Shown here in pieces: positions 29,216 through 38,437 of a stretch of DNA of 64,000 nucleotides. Position numbers and translations under genes: made by a program. The notes under the pieces are model-generated. The model saw only the letters and a program-made list of their open reading frames with translations, searched no databases and was not told the origin of the DNA. The stretch comes from Eubacteriales bacterium. Its GTDB lineage: Bacteria > Bacillota > Clostridia > Oscillospirales > CAG-272. The stretch is taken from positions 17,162 through 81,161 of the forward strand of contig JAZNOM010000030.1 of assembly GCA_045580835.1 (NCBI GenBank), in the 5' to 3' direction. Position 1 is the stretch's first letter. Each line of letters starts with the position of its first letter.

Positions 29216-30667
29216 TTAATTTCCGAGATTACGTGAAAAAATCTCGTTAATCTCTTCAATTTTTGTTTGAGCAATCAAACTGTTGCTTTCATATATTGTG
29301 GTAAGCGTTTTTCCAGAGGTATAAATCTTTCCAATTTCATCTTTTAAGCCTGCGATGTTGTAATATGCGCCGACGTCGAAAAGAAGGCTGTCAAAGATTA
29401 TATCAAGCATTTCCGCACTCTCCGCGTCGCGTGCATATTTACCTTGAAGAGTTTTGTCATAATACGCAGGCGTCAAAAGCTTATCGCCCATAATGGCAAG
29501 TTCTTCTAAAACGATACCAATACGCTCCAGCCCTTCATTAAGTATCGGAACACATACAAACTGTGAATGCCACGGACTAACGAGATTGTAATATTCGCTT
29601 TGATTTTCGTCATATTTAGGATAAGGAAGAATACCAAAATTGTTTTCCATTTGTCGAAGTTCGTCGGTATAAAACATTGTATGCGAATAGAATAACGCCT
29701 GACCGTTGTTAAACATGCCAATACGTTCATCGCTTGAGGCAGAACCCGAAATATCCTGATAGTTATATGTAGAAGAGTGGTTAAGAATATCTAAATATTT
29801 ATCATAAAGATTCGAGGTGCGCTCATTATATAGAGTCAGTTCAAGCTGACCATCATCGTTTATCGAACAGATTTTTTCTCCCGCTGCTGAAAGGATGGCA
29901 AGATGAGTATCACGCGGTGTCAAAAAACCAAAAATGTCTGTCTTATCAAAAACAGAATCCGAATTAGTATCTCTGCCTACAGATTTGCACATTTCAGCAA
30001 ATTTTTCAATCGACCATTTTCCGCTTTTAACCAAATCATAGGGATTTTCCAGACCATACTCTTCAACCATGTTTTTGCTAAAAAAGAGCGTATATACACT
30101 ACGGTTGTCCGAAAGTGAAATCTCACCCGTGGTATAATACATTTTTCCTTTCATAGAAAGGTCAGCATTAGCTTTCTGATCCCAATAATCCTTTGTAAGG
30201 TCTACATAAGGAATGCGGTTTAAATCGGTTAAAAGTCCGTTATAAGCAAGCGTTGCAACATCATAAGTTCCAATCATAGCCGCATCATAATTTGTATATC
30301 CTGCCATGGTTTCGTTATATATTTTCTGAAAGCCTTTTCCGGAACCCATTGTCGATTGAGAAGCAACTATATCTTCAGTTGTAAGCTCAATACCGTACTT
30401 CTCTTTTATACTTTCGCTACGCTCATAAATTGCAACATCGACAACCTCAGAAGAGCTTTCATCGGCCTCATAGTCATTCCACTTCCAGTTCGCTGCAATA
30501 AGAATATTAAAATTTCCGGCGATATTAACGGTACTTGGGTTGGGTAATGTATTACCTTCAGACCCGGATGATGTTGTGACATTAGTCGTAATTTCAGAAT
30601 CGGAATTACATCCGCAAAGTCCAAAAACAATCGAAAGCGCCAGAAGTATAATTAAAGCTCTTTTCAT
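29216..30667 (-). CDS. extracellular solute-binding lipoprotein (ABC family-1 SBP-like), no cognate permease/ATPase adjacent
   Basis: Lipobox LCGC at residues 17-20 followed by an S/T-rich linker. Size and pattern match sugar-type SBPs. Confidence 0.65.
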   Translation of the reverse strand: MKRALIILLALSIVFGLCGCNSDSEITTNVTTSSGSEGNTLPNPSTVNIAGNFNILIAANWKWNDYEADESSSEVVDVAIYERSESIKEKYGIELTTEDIVASQSTMGSGKGFQKIYNETMAGYTNYDAAMIGTYDVATLAYNGLLTDLNRIPYVDLTKDYWDQKANADLSMKGKMYYTTGEISLSDNRSVYTLFFSKNMVEEYGLENPYDLVKSGKWSIEKFAEMCKSVGRDTNSDSVFDKTDIFGFLTPRDTHLAILSAAGEKICSINDDGQLELTLYNERTSNLYDKYLDILNHSSTYNYQDISGSASSDERIGMFNNGQALFYSHTMFYTDELRQMENNFGILPYPKYDENQSEYYNLVSPWHSQFVCVPILNEGLERIGIVLEELAIMGDKLLTPAYYDKTLQGKYARDAESAEMLDIIFDSLLFDVGAYYNIAGLKDEIGKIYTSGKTLTTIYESNSLIAQTKIEEINEIFSRNLGN

Positions 30668-30695
30668 ATTAATCTCCTTTGTTTAATTAAAGCGA

Positions 30696-31481
30696 TTAAT
30701 CGAGAGGTCTGATAGTTGGCATAAAATCTAGTTTTCTAATCACGTCAGCAGTTGCGCTAAGCAGAGGTTGCTCGCGAGAAGAGAAAGTGGCATATTCGTC
30801 AACACAAAGCCACATACATGACCCAAAATACGGCGCCATAATTCTGTGCATGCGGCAATAAGGTCCTGACGAAAGGAACAAAAACGGCACTTTGAGTTCT
30901 TTTTTTAATTTTCGAGTTATCTCAAGATTGGAAAACATCTCGTCTTCCGTATGCGAGCCGGTAACAAATTTAACAATATCTGCTCCTCTGCTCTGTTGCT
31001 CTAATGCAAGTTCAAGTACCTGCTCTTCGTTCATATATTTCAAAACATGGGAAGACATAAGTACTTCTCCACCCATTTCATGAATTTCATATATAAACTT
31101 TTTCTGCTTGTCTATCGCTTTGGGATTTCTCGTAAGTTCACCCGGAGTTTTATCAAATGCGTCACCCATTATATCGACAAGAGTTGCGCCGCATTTCAAA
31201 TAGAACTTATGCCACTCCATGCACTCCTCATCGCTGAGCCCTTTATTATGACCGCCGCGATAACTGGTTACATATATAGGCTTATCGCCCATATATGAAA
31301 ACATCTTTTTAATAGTATCTTCTTTGCGGAATTCAGGTTTAATCGCCTCCATTTGCACGCCAAACGCATCCGGATTGTCATACATCGCATTTCTGGTATG
31401 AATAACACAATCGGTAGGTGTTTCAAAAATCAGCATATCAACTAATAACGGTTTCTTATGTCCTAAAAAGGTTGGTTTCAT
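30696..31481 (-). CDS. type I 3-dehydroquinase (AroD)-fold protein, divergent
   Basis: AroD-like blocks: YVTSYRGGHNKG, LVDIMGD, VLMSSHV, GADIVKFV (Schiff-base Lys position) and FLFLSSGPYCRMHRIMAPYFGS. Confidence 0.45.
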   Translation of the reverse strand: MKPTFLGHKKPLLVDMLIFETPTDCVIHTRNAMYDNPDAFGVQMEAIKPEFRKEDTIKKMFSYMGDKPIYVTSYRGGHNKGLSDEECMEWHKFYLKCGATLVDIMGDAFDKTPGELTRNPKAIDKQKKFIYEIHEMGGEVLMSSHVLKYMNEEQVLELALEQQSRGADIVKFVTGSHTEDEMFSNLEITRKLKKELKVPFLFLSSGPYCRMHRIMAPYFGSCMWLCVDEYATFSSREQPLLSATADVIRKLDFMPTIRPLD

Positions 31482-31666
31482 TTTACTACTACCTCATTTT
31501 TCTTTTATAAATTTATTGTACATTAATAACCACTAATACAACAATATGAAAAATGATAATGTTTTTACGAAAAACGATATAAAACATGATGATTATACGA
31601 AATCTACTTGATTAATTTTATTAAAAGTGATAACATAAAATCAAAGCGTTATCAGGGAGTAATCAA

Positions 31667-32455
31667 ATGGATGGTATTGAAAAAATAGTAGTGACAAAGT
31701 TGCATAGCGTAATGGACCTAAAAAACCCTCGTTTTGAAAACAAAAAAAAGAATAATCGCAGTGTACATGGTCTCTGCTTTCCTATTTCCGGAACAATGAT
31801 ATATCATCACAATGGAAAAGAAATTGTATCAGACAAACATCATGCAGTTTTAATTCCTAAAGGAGCAACATATACATACAGTTGCATTGAAGAGGGAGAG
31901 TTTCCGCTAATAAATTTCTACACGACCGAAGATTTTTGTCCCAAAGAGATAATAGTATATGAAATTGATGATATAACCGACTACATAAACTATTTTAAAG
32001 AACTTGAAAAGATATCACTTTTAACTCCGCTTAACGGTCATTTAAAAGCTATAAAGATTATATATGAAATTTTGATACGCTTACACAAAGTGAATTTGAG
32101 AAAAGTTTCTTCTTCGTTTGAAGTTATTCGTCCTGCGGTAAACTATCTTCAGAATAATTTTTCCAATGCAGGGCTTACAAACCAAGTGCTTGCACAAAAG
32201 GCAATGATAAGCGAAGTATATTTCAGAAAACTGTTTAAAGCCAACTTCGGCACTTCACCCAAGCAATATATTCAAGATTTACGGATTTTAAAAGCAAAGA
32301 ACTTACTTAAAGGAAACCTATGTTCATCTATTTCTTTAGTAGCCGAAGAAGTTGGCTTTACAAATGTTTATCAATTCTCTACTGCTTTTAAAAAAGCAAC
32401 CGGGCTTACCCCCACCGAATACATTAAACGATTTAACTCATCTGACGAGTTTTAA
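31667..32455 (+). CDS. AraC/XylS family transcriptional regulator
   Basis: N-terminal cupin-like domain and a C-terminal double HTH (ISEVYFRKLFKANFGTSPKQY...FTNVYQFSTAFKKATGLTPTEY). Confidence 0.9.
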   Translation: MDGIEKIVVTKLHSVMDLKNPRFENKKKNNRSVHGLCFPISGTMIYHHNGKEIVSDKHHAVLIPKGATYTYSCIEEGEFPLINFYTTEDFCPKEIIVYEIDDITDYINYFKELEKISLLTPLNGHLKAIKIIYEILIRLHKVNLRKVSSSFEVIRPAVNYLQNNFSNAGLTNQVLAQKAMISEVYFRKLFKANFGTSPKQYIQDLRILKAKNLLKGNLCSSISLVAEEVGFTNVYQFSTAFKKATGLTPTEYIKRFNSSDEF

Positions 32456-32493
32456 AACAAGGCACCGAATGTAAAAATTCGGTGCCTTGTTTC
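32455..32493. terminator. bidirectional intrinsic terminator
   Basis: acaaggcaccgaat-gtaaaa-attcggtgccttgt. Confidence 0.8.
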
Positions 32494-33199
32494 ATATTGT
32501 GATTCTGGATTGTAGTTTTTTTATACATTCGACGGTCGGTTCGTTAAAAGATTCAAAACGAAAAGGTATTCCCAAGTTCTGATATTTTACACTGCACATT
32601 TTTTTAAATGGCAAAAGTTCAACCTTATCAATACAAGGATACATAGCAATAAGCTTATTAATAAAGTCAATGCTTTCGAAATTATCATTAAGTGTCGGAA
32701 TGATTACCTGACGAATAGTAACGGCAATTCCCTTTTTATTAAGAATACTCAAAAATTCAAGCGGCACGTTTATCGAGCAACCAACGTATTTATGATACAT
32801 TTCATCAGTTGGGTATTTTATATCAAGCAATGCTCTGTCGGTAAATTCAAGCAGATTTAAAACCTTGTCATTTATAATACTACCTGATGTATCAAGACAT
32901 GTATTAATTCCGTTTTTTCGACACAACTCAAATACTTCGCGGACGAAATTTGCTTGTAAAAGCGGCTCACCGCCTGAAATCGTTATTCCGCCTTCGTCGC
33001 CGAAATACTCACGATACCGCATAGCTTTAGCAACAATTTCGTCGGGTGAATATTCTGTTCCACCTATATCTGCCCATGTGTCGGGATTATGACAGCAACC
33101 ACATCTCAAATTACAACCTTGAGTAAAGACCACAAAGCGCACTCCCGGACCGTCCAAAGTACCCAGACTCTGAATTGAATTAACTAATCCTTTTGTCAT
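32492..33199 (-). CDS. pflA: pyruvate formate-lyase activating enzyme
   Basis: [26 protein letters not shown] radical-SAM cluster motif. Overlaps the pflB stop. Confidence 0.9.
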   Translation of the reverse strand: MTKGLVNSIQSLGTLDGPGVRFVVFTQGCNLRCGCCHNPDTWADIGGTEYSPDEIVAKAMRYREYFGDEGGITISGGEPLLQANFVREVFELCRKNGINTCLDTSGSIINDKVLNLLEFTDRALLDIKYPTDEMYHKYVGCSINVPLEFLSILNKKGIAVTIRQVIIPTLNDNFESIDFINKLIAMYPCIDKVELLPFKKMCSVKYQNLGIPFRFESFNEPTVECIKKLQSRITI

Positions 33200-35427
33200 A
33201 CAGATTCATGGAATGTACGGCTGATTACCTCACGCTGCTGCTCTCTGGAAAGCTTATTAAAGTTTACGGCATAGCCTGAAACGCGAATCGTAAGATTAGG
33301 ATATGCCTCCGGATTCTCATACGCCTTCATGAGAGTTTCGCGATTAAGCACATTTACATTAATGTGATGTGCTTTCTTTGCAAAGTATCCGTCAAGAATA
33401 GTTACTAGATTTACTATTCGTTCATCTTCGCCCCTGCCAAGTGCTTCAGGAGTAATGGAGAAAGTATTTGAGATTCCATCGCGACAGTCGTCATAACTGA
33501 TTTTTGCCACAGAGTTAAGCGAAGCGAGCGCACCGTTTTCTTCGCGATTATGCATAGGATTTGCACCGGGAGCAAAAGGAGCTGCCGCCTTACGTCCGTC
33601 AGGGGTTGCCGCTGTATTCTTACCGTACATTACATTAGAAGTAATGGTAAGCACGGAGAGGGTATGCTCTGCATTTCTGTACGTGGGAGTCTTGCGAAGC
33701 TCTGTAATTACCTTGTGTGCCATATCCTTTGCTATAAGGTCTACGCGATCATCATCATTTCCGTATTTAGGGAAATCTCCGATAGTATCAAAGTCTTCTA
33801 TAAAGCCATTCTCGTTTTTGATTGGCTTAACATTTGCAAATTTAATTGCGCTGAGCGAGTCGGCAACAACCGAAAGACCTGCAATACCAAACGCCATAAA
33901 ACGACCGACACTCGTATCATGCAATGCCATTTGTGTTTTTTCGTAAGCGTATTTGTCATGCATATAATGAATTACATTCATGGTGTTTACATAGAGTTTT
34001 GAAAGCCATGCGATGTAAATATCAAAACGCTCCATTACTGTATCATAATCGAGTTTGTCGCCCTCCAAAACAGGCATTTGAGGGCCAATATGCATGCCGC
34101 TGCTGACATCATAACCGCCGTTGATAGCAATAAGTAAAAGCTTTGCGAGATTGCAACGCGCACCAAAGAACTGCATCTGCTTGCCAACTTTCATCGCTGA
34201 AACGCAGCATGCAATAGCATAATCGTCGCCGTAAATAGGACGCATTATATCATCATTTTCATACTGAATAGAGTCAGTATCCGCAGAAACCTTTGCGCAG
34301 AAGCGTTTGAAGTTCTCGGGAAGCGATTTAGACCAAAGGACGGTAAGATTGGGTTCGGGAGAAGAGCCGAGCGTATAAAGTGTATTAAGCATGCGGAAGC
34401 TATTCTTTGTTACAAGAGTTCTTCCGTCTTCACCCATACCGCCGACAGCCTCAGTTATCCACATGGGGTCTCCGCCAAACAATTCATTATATTCAGGAGT
34501 GCGTAAATGACGCGCAATACGGAGCTTCATAACAAAATCATCCATAAGTTCTTGCGCGCCTTCTTCGGTAAGAGCACCGTTTGCAATATCACGCTCAATA
34601 TAGATATCAAAGAAAGTGCTTACTCTGCCAAGTGACATTGCCGCACCGTTCTGCTCCTTAATAGCACCAAGATATCCGAAATATGTCCACTGAATAGCCT
34701 CACGCGCGTTTGATGCAGGCTCGCTTATATCAAAGCCATACATAGCAGCCATCTCTTTGAGATAACCAAGGAAAGCTATTTGCTGATAAAGTTCCTCATC
34801 CAGTCTTATCGTTTCAGCATCAAATGTACCTTTAGCAAGCGCAGCCTTATCCTTTTTCTTTTCTTCTATGAGTCTGTCTACACCATACAAGGCAACACGG
34901 CGATAGTCTCCTATAATACGACCTCTTCCGTATGCATCAGGCAAACCGGTAATAACGTGGCACTTGCGTGCAGCGCGCATTTCGTCTGTATATGCACGAA
35001 AAACGCCGTCGTTATGCGTAGTACGATAGCGGAACTCTTCCTCAACCTTGCTGCTAAGCTTATAGCCATACGCTTCGCAAGCCTGGCGAACCATTCTGAT
35101 GCCGCCAAACGGATTAGCGCCGCGCTTAAGAGGGCGATTGGTCTGCATACCTACAATTATTTCATTATCTTTATCAATATATCCCGGAGAATAGCTTGTC
35201 AGTGAAGAAACAGTTGCTGTATCAATATCAAGAACGCCACCGAATTGACGTTCAAGTGCGAACAGAGCCTCTAATTTTTTCATCATATTCTGAGTACGTA
35301 CGGTAGCACTCGCAAGAAAGCTATTATCACCTTTATATTCTTTATAGTTTTGTTGAATGAAATCACGCACATTGATTTCATCCTGCCAAACTCCATTTGC
35401 AAAACCATTCCAATTCTTGTGTTCCAT
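33196..35427 (-). CDS. pflB: formate C-acetyltransferase (pyruvate formate-lyase)
   Basis: Glycyl radical motif RVSGYAVNF and active-site CCVS. Start set at ATG 35427 (MEHKNW) after GGAGGA. Confidence 0.95.
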   Translation of the reverse strand: MEHKNWNGFANGVWQDEINVRDFIQQNYKEYKGDNSFLASATVRTQNMMKKLEALFALERQFGGVLDIDTATVSSLTSYSPGYIDKDNEIIVGMQTNRPLKRGANPFGGIRMVRQACEAYGYKLSSKVEEEFRYRTTHNDGVFRAYTDEMRAARKCHVITGLPDAYGRGRIIGDYRRVALYGVDRLIEEKKKDKAALAKGTFDAETIRLDEELYQQIAFLGYLKEMAAMYGFDISEPASNAREAIQWTYFGYLGAIKEQNGAAMSLGRVSTFFDIYIERDIANGALTEEGAQELMDDFVMKLRIARHLRTPEYNELFGGDPMWITEAVGGMGEDGRTLVTKNSFRMLNTLYTLGSSPEPNLTVLWSKSLPENFKRFCAKVSADTDSIQYENDDIMRPIYGDDYAIACCVSAMKVGKQMQFFGARCNLAKLLLIAINGGYDVSSGMHIGPQMPVLEGDKLDYDTVMERFDIYIAWLSKLYVNTMNVIHYMHDKYAYEKTQMALHDTSVGRFMAFGIAGLSVVADSLSAIKFANVKPIKNENGFIEDFDTIGDFPKYGNDDDRVDLIAKDMAHKVITELRKTPTYRNAEHTLSVLTITSNVMYGKNTAATPDGRKAAAPFAPGANPMHNREENGALASLNSVAKISYDDCRDGISNTFSITPEALGRGEDERIVNLVTILDGYFAKKAHHINVNVLNRETLMKAYENPEAYPNLTIRVSGYAVNFNKLSREQQREVISRTFHESV

Positions 35428-35460
35428 AAGTTCCTCCAAATGTTTTTGCTGTTTGCCAAT

Positions 35461-35564
35461 AAAAAAGGCAAATCAGCTTTTAATAACTGATTTGCCCAGA
35501 CGGTCGGCGTATAACCTTTACATTCCCCCGCGGTAATCCGCGAAATCCGTCAGTCATGTAAAAG
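35461..35564 (-). promoter_or_regulatory. ZTP (pfl-motif) riboswitch with terminator expression platform
   Basis: Minus strand: P1 tttacat/atgtaaa; conserved GACTGACGGA; P2 cgcgg-atta-ccgcg; 3' subdomain CCGACCGTCTGGGCA (ACGG/CCGT pseudoknot). The terminator ggcaaatcag-N10-ctgatttgcc-TTTTTT shares GGCA with the aptamer. Confidence 0.85.
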
Positions 35565-35575
35565 CTTGTACTTAA

Positions 35576-35604
35576 AGTATACACAAAAAAACGATTTTTG
35601 TCAA
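35576..35604 (-). promoter_or_regulatory. sigma-A promoter for ZTP leader/pflBA
   Basis: Minus strand TTGACA, 17 nt spacer, TATACT. Confidence 0.7.
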
Positions 35605-35667
35605 CTAAAATATGAGTACAAAATGATGGACGATATTTGTGGAATTTTGTGAAATAATAATCAATAT

Positions 35668-36372
35668 CTACTCTTTAATCTCATAACCTGCATTTAATAT
35701 TGCAGAACGCGCCAACACATATGTCGGGTCAACAAAATTTCCGACAAGACCGTATTTTTGAACCGCAAGCGGAAGCTCGGTACAACCAAGAATCACAGCC
35801 TCAGCCCCTTCGCCCGTAAGTCTTAAAAGTTCTGCGTTGACAGAGCTCACATCAAAATTATCAGCACCTGCTTTAACGCCCTTATAAATAACATCCATAA
35901 CATCCTTCTGAACATTGTCAGAAGGATAAAGCAGTTCAATTTTGTGTTTTTCGAAAACGCTGTCAAAAACCCCGGTAAATCTTGTTCCGTCAGTGGCAAG
36001 TAACACTGCTTTTTGCACAGACGAGGATTTGAGGAATTTTGCAGTTTCCTCTACAATATTTAAAACAGGGATTTGTACCATGCTAACAAGCTGATTGTAA
36101 AATCCATGTGAAGTAATACATGGTATAATCAAAAAATCAGCACCGGCTTTTTCAAGGCGGTTAGCAGACTCTACTAGATAAGGAAGCGGAGACTCGGTCC
36201 CGCGCAAAATAGCTGACGTTCTGTCAGGTATCTGCGGATTATTATCAATGATAATATGGATATGTTCAGCATCCTTATTGGCTTTGGTTAAATTTATTAT
36301 TCGCGTAAATAAATCCGCCGTAGCAAGCGGCCCCATACCGCCAATAATACCAATTGTTTTTTTATCTTTCAT
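35668..36372 (-). CDS. aspartate/glutamate racemase family protein (aspartate racemase-like)
   Basis: IGIIGGMGPLATADLF plus two catalytic Cys contexts (IIPCITSH, ILGCTELP). Confidence 0.8.
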   Translation of the reverse strand: MKDKKTIGIIGGMGPLATADLFTRIINLTKANKDAEHIHIIIDNNPQIPDRTSAILRGTESPLPYLVESANRLEKAGADFLIIPCITSHGFYNQLVSMVQIPVLNIVEETAKFLKSSSVQKAVLLATDGTRFTGVFDSVFEKHKIELLYPSDNVQKDVMDVIYKGVKAGADNFDVSSVNAELLRLTGEGAEAVILGCTELPLAVQKYGLVGNFVDPTYVLARSAILNAGYEIKE

Positions 36373-36464
36373 TAGATTTCCTACTTTTTCAACAATATAT
36401 TAGAATATTATCATAGAACTTAAAGAAAATCAATAGCAACTGATTTTTTTAAAATACACAAATA

Positions 36465-36493
36465 TTGACACTATTCTACAATTATGATACAAT
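36465..36493 (+). promoter_or_regulatory. near-consensus sigma-A promoter for DUF4062 gene
   Basis: TTGACA, 17 nt spacer, TGa-TACAAT. Confidence 0.65.
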
Positions 36494-36521
36494 TTATGTA
36501 TTAAAGTTAAGGAGAAGTGTT

Positions 36522-37538
36522 ATGGAAAAGATTTATTCTGCATTTGTTTCTTCCACCTATACCTCTCTTCGCGAAGAGCGAAACGAAGTTATCGAAACGC
36601 TGCTTGACAACAAAACTTTGCCAATTTGTATGGAACACTTTGTTGTCTCTTCAAGCGGAGCTTTTGAAGACTTAAAGAGATATATAGATGAATCTGATTA
36701 TTTCATAATGCTTTTAGGCGACGTATATGGGTCATGCGATGAGAATGGTATTTCCTGGACGGAAAGAGAATACAATTACGCGGTTGAAACCAAAAAACCT
36801 ATATTCGTTATTGAATGTAGAAAGTTTGCAGAACTTCTGAAAATGAAAGAAGCGGAACTTACAAATGACCAAATAAAACAACTTGAGTTTCATAAAAAAA
36901 TCAGTTTTATTGCACCCGTAAATGAAGAGCATTCTATTAAAGATTTACTTCACAAGTTTTTGCGAGAAAACCTTCCGCAATGCATTGGTTGGACACGTAA
37001 AAAAACTATAAATCTGCAAGAATGGCGCGAAAAGAATTTGGCATATGACCTTTCAGGTCTTTGGCATCATGTTCATTTGAGCGACGACGACTATAATTAT
37101 GTTCGTGTCGGCACAATGAAAATAGAACAAGACTTTTCTCCCGATAATTATAAATCTTTCCACATAGAGGGAGATAATTACAGTATAGTTTTCTATAACT
37201 CTGCAGAAAACAGAATCGTTGAAGACAAGATGAAAAAGTCGCATTTCTTTGGTGAGTATACTTTAGAAGATAATGGCATAATATTTGGCATATTCAATGT
37301 AAAGCGCGAGTTTAGAAGCGATTTTAATTCTTTTCAAGTAGAAAAAGGTACTCGCCGCGGAATTCATGACTTTTCTATTGAAATTTCTTCTTTAAATCAG
37401 GCTACTACAACTTTCAACGGAGAATTCCACGACGAAGCGCCTTCACCCAAGCAAGGAAGAATTTTTGTTTTCCGTGATATAAACGAAAGAAATGAGTTTT
37501 TATTAACCTACCGTGATGGTGCTTTTAATGTGAGGTAA
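36522..37538 (+). CDS. DUF4062 (TIR-like/Rossmannoid) domain protein with unassigned beta-rich C-terminal domain
   Basis: N-terminal ~100 aa match my recollection of DUF4062: AFVSSTYTSLREER...PICMEHF...DYFIMLLGDVYGS...GISWTEREYNYA...KPIFVI. The C-terminal ~170 aa are unrecognised. ATG 36522 follows AAGGAG. Confidence 0.7.
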   Translation: MEKIYSAFVSSTYTSLREERNEVIETLLDNKTLPICMEHFVVSSSGAFEDLKRYIDESDYFIMLLGDVYGSCDENGISWTEREYNYAVETKKPIFVIECRKFAELLKMKEAELTNDQIKQLEFHKKISFIAPVNEEHSIKDLLHKFLRENLPQCIGWTRKKTINLQEWREKNLAYDLSGLWHHVHLSDDDYNYVRVGTMKIEQDFSPDNYKSFHIEGDNYSIVFYNSAENRIVEDKMKKSHFFGEYTLEDNGIIFGIFNVKREFRSDFNSFQVEKGTRRGIHDFSIEISSLNQATTTFNGEFHDEAPSPKQGRIFVFRDINERNEFLLTYRDGAFNVR

Positions 37539-37543
37539 TACTA

Positions 37544-38314
37544 ATGGATTATAATAAAATCATTGATTTAGTAAAAAACGCCGGCAAATTTGTCTTTGAC
37601 AAAGACCTGAAAAGTGATGTAAGCATGAAAGGTGCTGCCGATTTTGTTACCGCTGTTGATTTAAGAATCAGCAACTATATTAAAGAGGAACTCCGAGTTT
37701 TAACACCCGAAATCGGCTTTATGAGCGAAGAAGAAGAGACCGAACTTTCTGCTAAACGCTGGATTCTTGACCCTATTGACGGAACTACTAATCTTGTATA
37801 CAACTATAATATGAGTTCTGTTTCTTTAGCGTATTTCAACGGCGAGTTCGTTGAATTTGGTGTTATATATAACCCATTTAACGGCGATCTCTTTACTGCA
37901 AAGGCTGGCGAAGGCGCTTATTTAAATGGAGAAAGACTCAATACCGCACCGGACAGAGAACTTAAAAACTGTATAATAGAATTCGGGGCTGGCTCTACTA
38001 AAAAGCAGTTTACGGACGAAAGTTTTACCATTGCACGCGAAGTTTTTAGAAACTGCTTGGACATCAGACGAATCTGCTCCTCTGCCCTTGCTATAGCGTA
38101 TGTTGCCGCAGGAAAACTTAATGGTTATTTCGAGAGAAGTATAAAACCATGGGACTATGCTGCTGCTACTCTTTTGTTAAAAGAATGTGGATGCATATGT
38201 TCTGATTGGAATGGCGCTCCTATTCAGTACGATAAGCCTTCAAGTTTTGTTTGCGGTACGCCAAAAGCGTATAATCTTATTGTAGATATAATCAATCAAT
38301 ACTCAACTAAATAA
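37544..38314 (+). CDS. inositol monophosphatase (IMPase/SuhB/CysQ) family phosphatase
   Basis: Metal and catalytic motifs are intact: SEEE, WILDPIDGTTN and WDYAAATLLLKECG. Confidence 0.85.
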   Translation: MDYNKIIDLVKNAGKFVFDKDLKSDVSMKGAADFVTAVDLRISNYIKEELRVLTPEIGFMSEEEETELSAKRWILDPIDGTTNLVYNYNMSSVSLAYFNGEFVEFGVIYNPFNGDLFTAKAGEGAYLNGERLNTAPDRELKNCIIEFGAGSTKKQFTDESFTIAREVFRNCLDIRRICSSALAIAYVAAGKLNGYFERSIKPWDYAAATLLLKECGCICSDWNGAPIQYDKPSSFVCGTPKAYNLIVDIINQYSTK

Positions 38315-38318
38315 AACT

Positions 38319-38356
38319 GAAACCGGAGCAGATTAATCTGCTCCGGTTTTTGTTTT
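38319..38356 (+). terminator. intrinsic terminator
   Basis: aaccggagcagat...atctgctccggtt followed by tttgtttt. Confidence 0.8.
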
Positions 38357-38437
38357 AATACCATTTTTTGTTTACATAAAAATTCCTTCCCTGCAGATAA
38401 TATCATTGTAAAATCAACCTTAAGGAGCGATTTATAT

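Noticed and set aside
35428-35439. N-terminal extensions offered by the ORF track: pflB MEELM..., blaI-like MFTM..., the membrane protein at 15964, and HAD MEVLM...
   Set aside because: The extended starts are TTG/GTG codons lying inside the Shine-Dalgarno sequence of the downstream ATG. The ATG starts were preferred.
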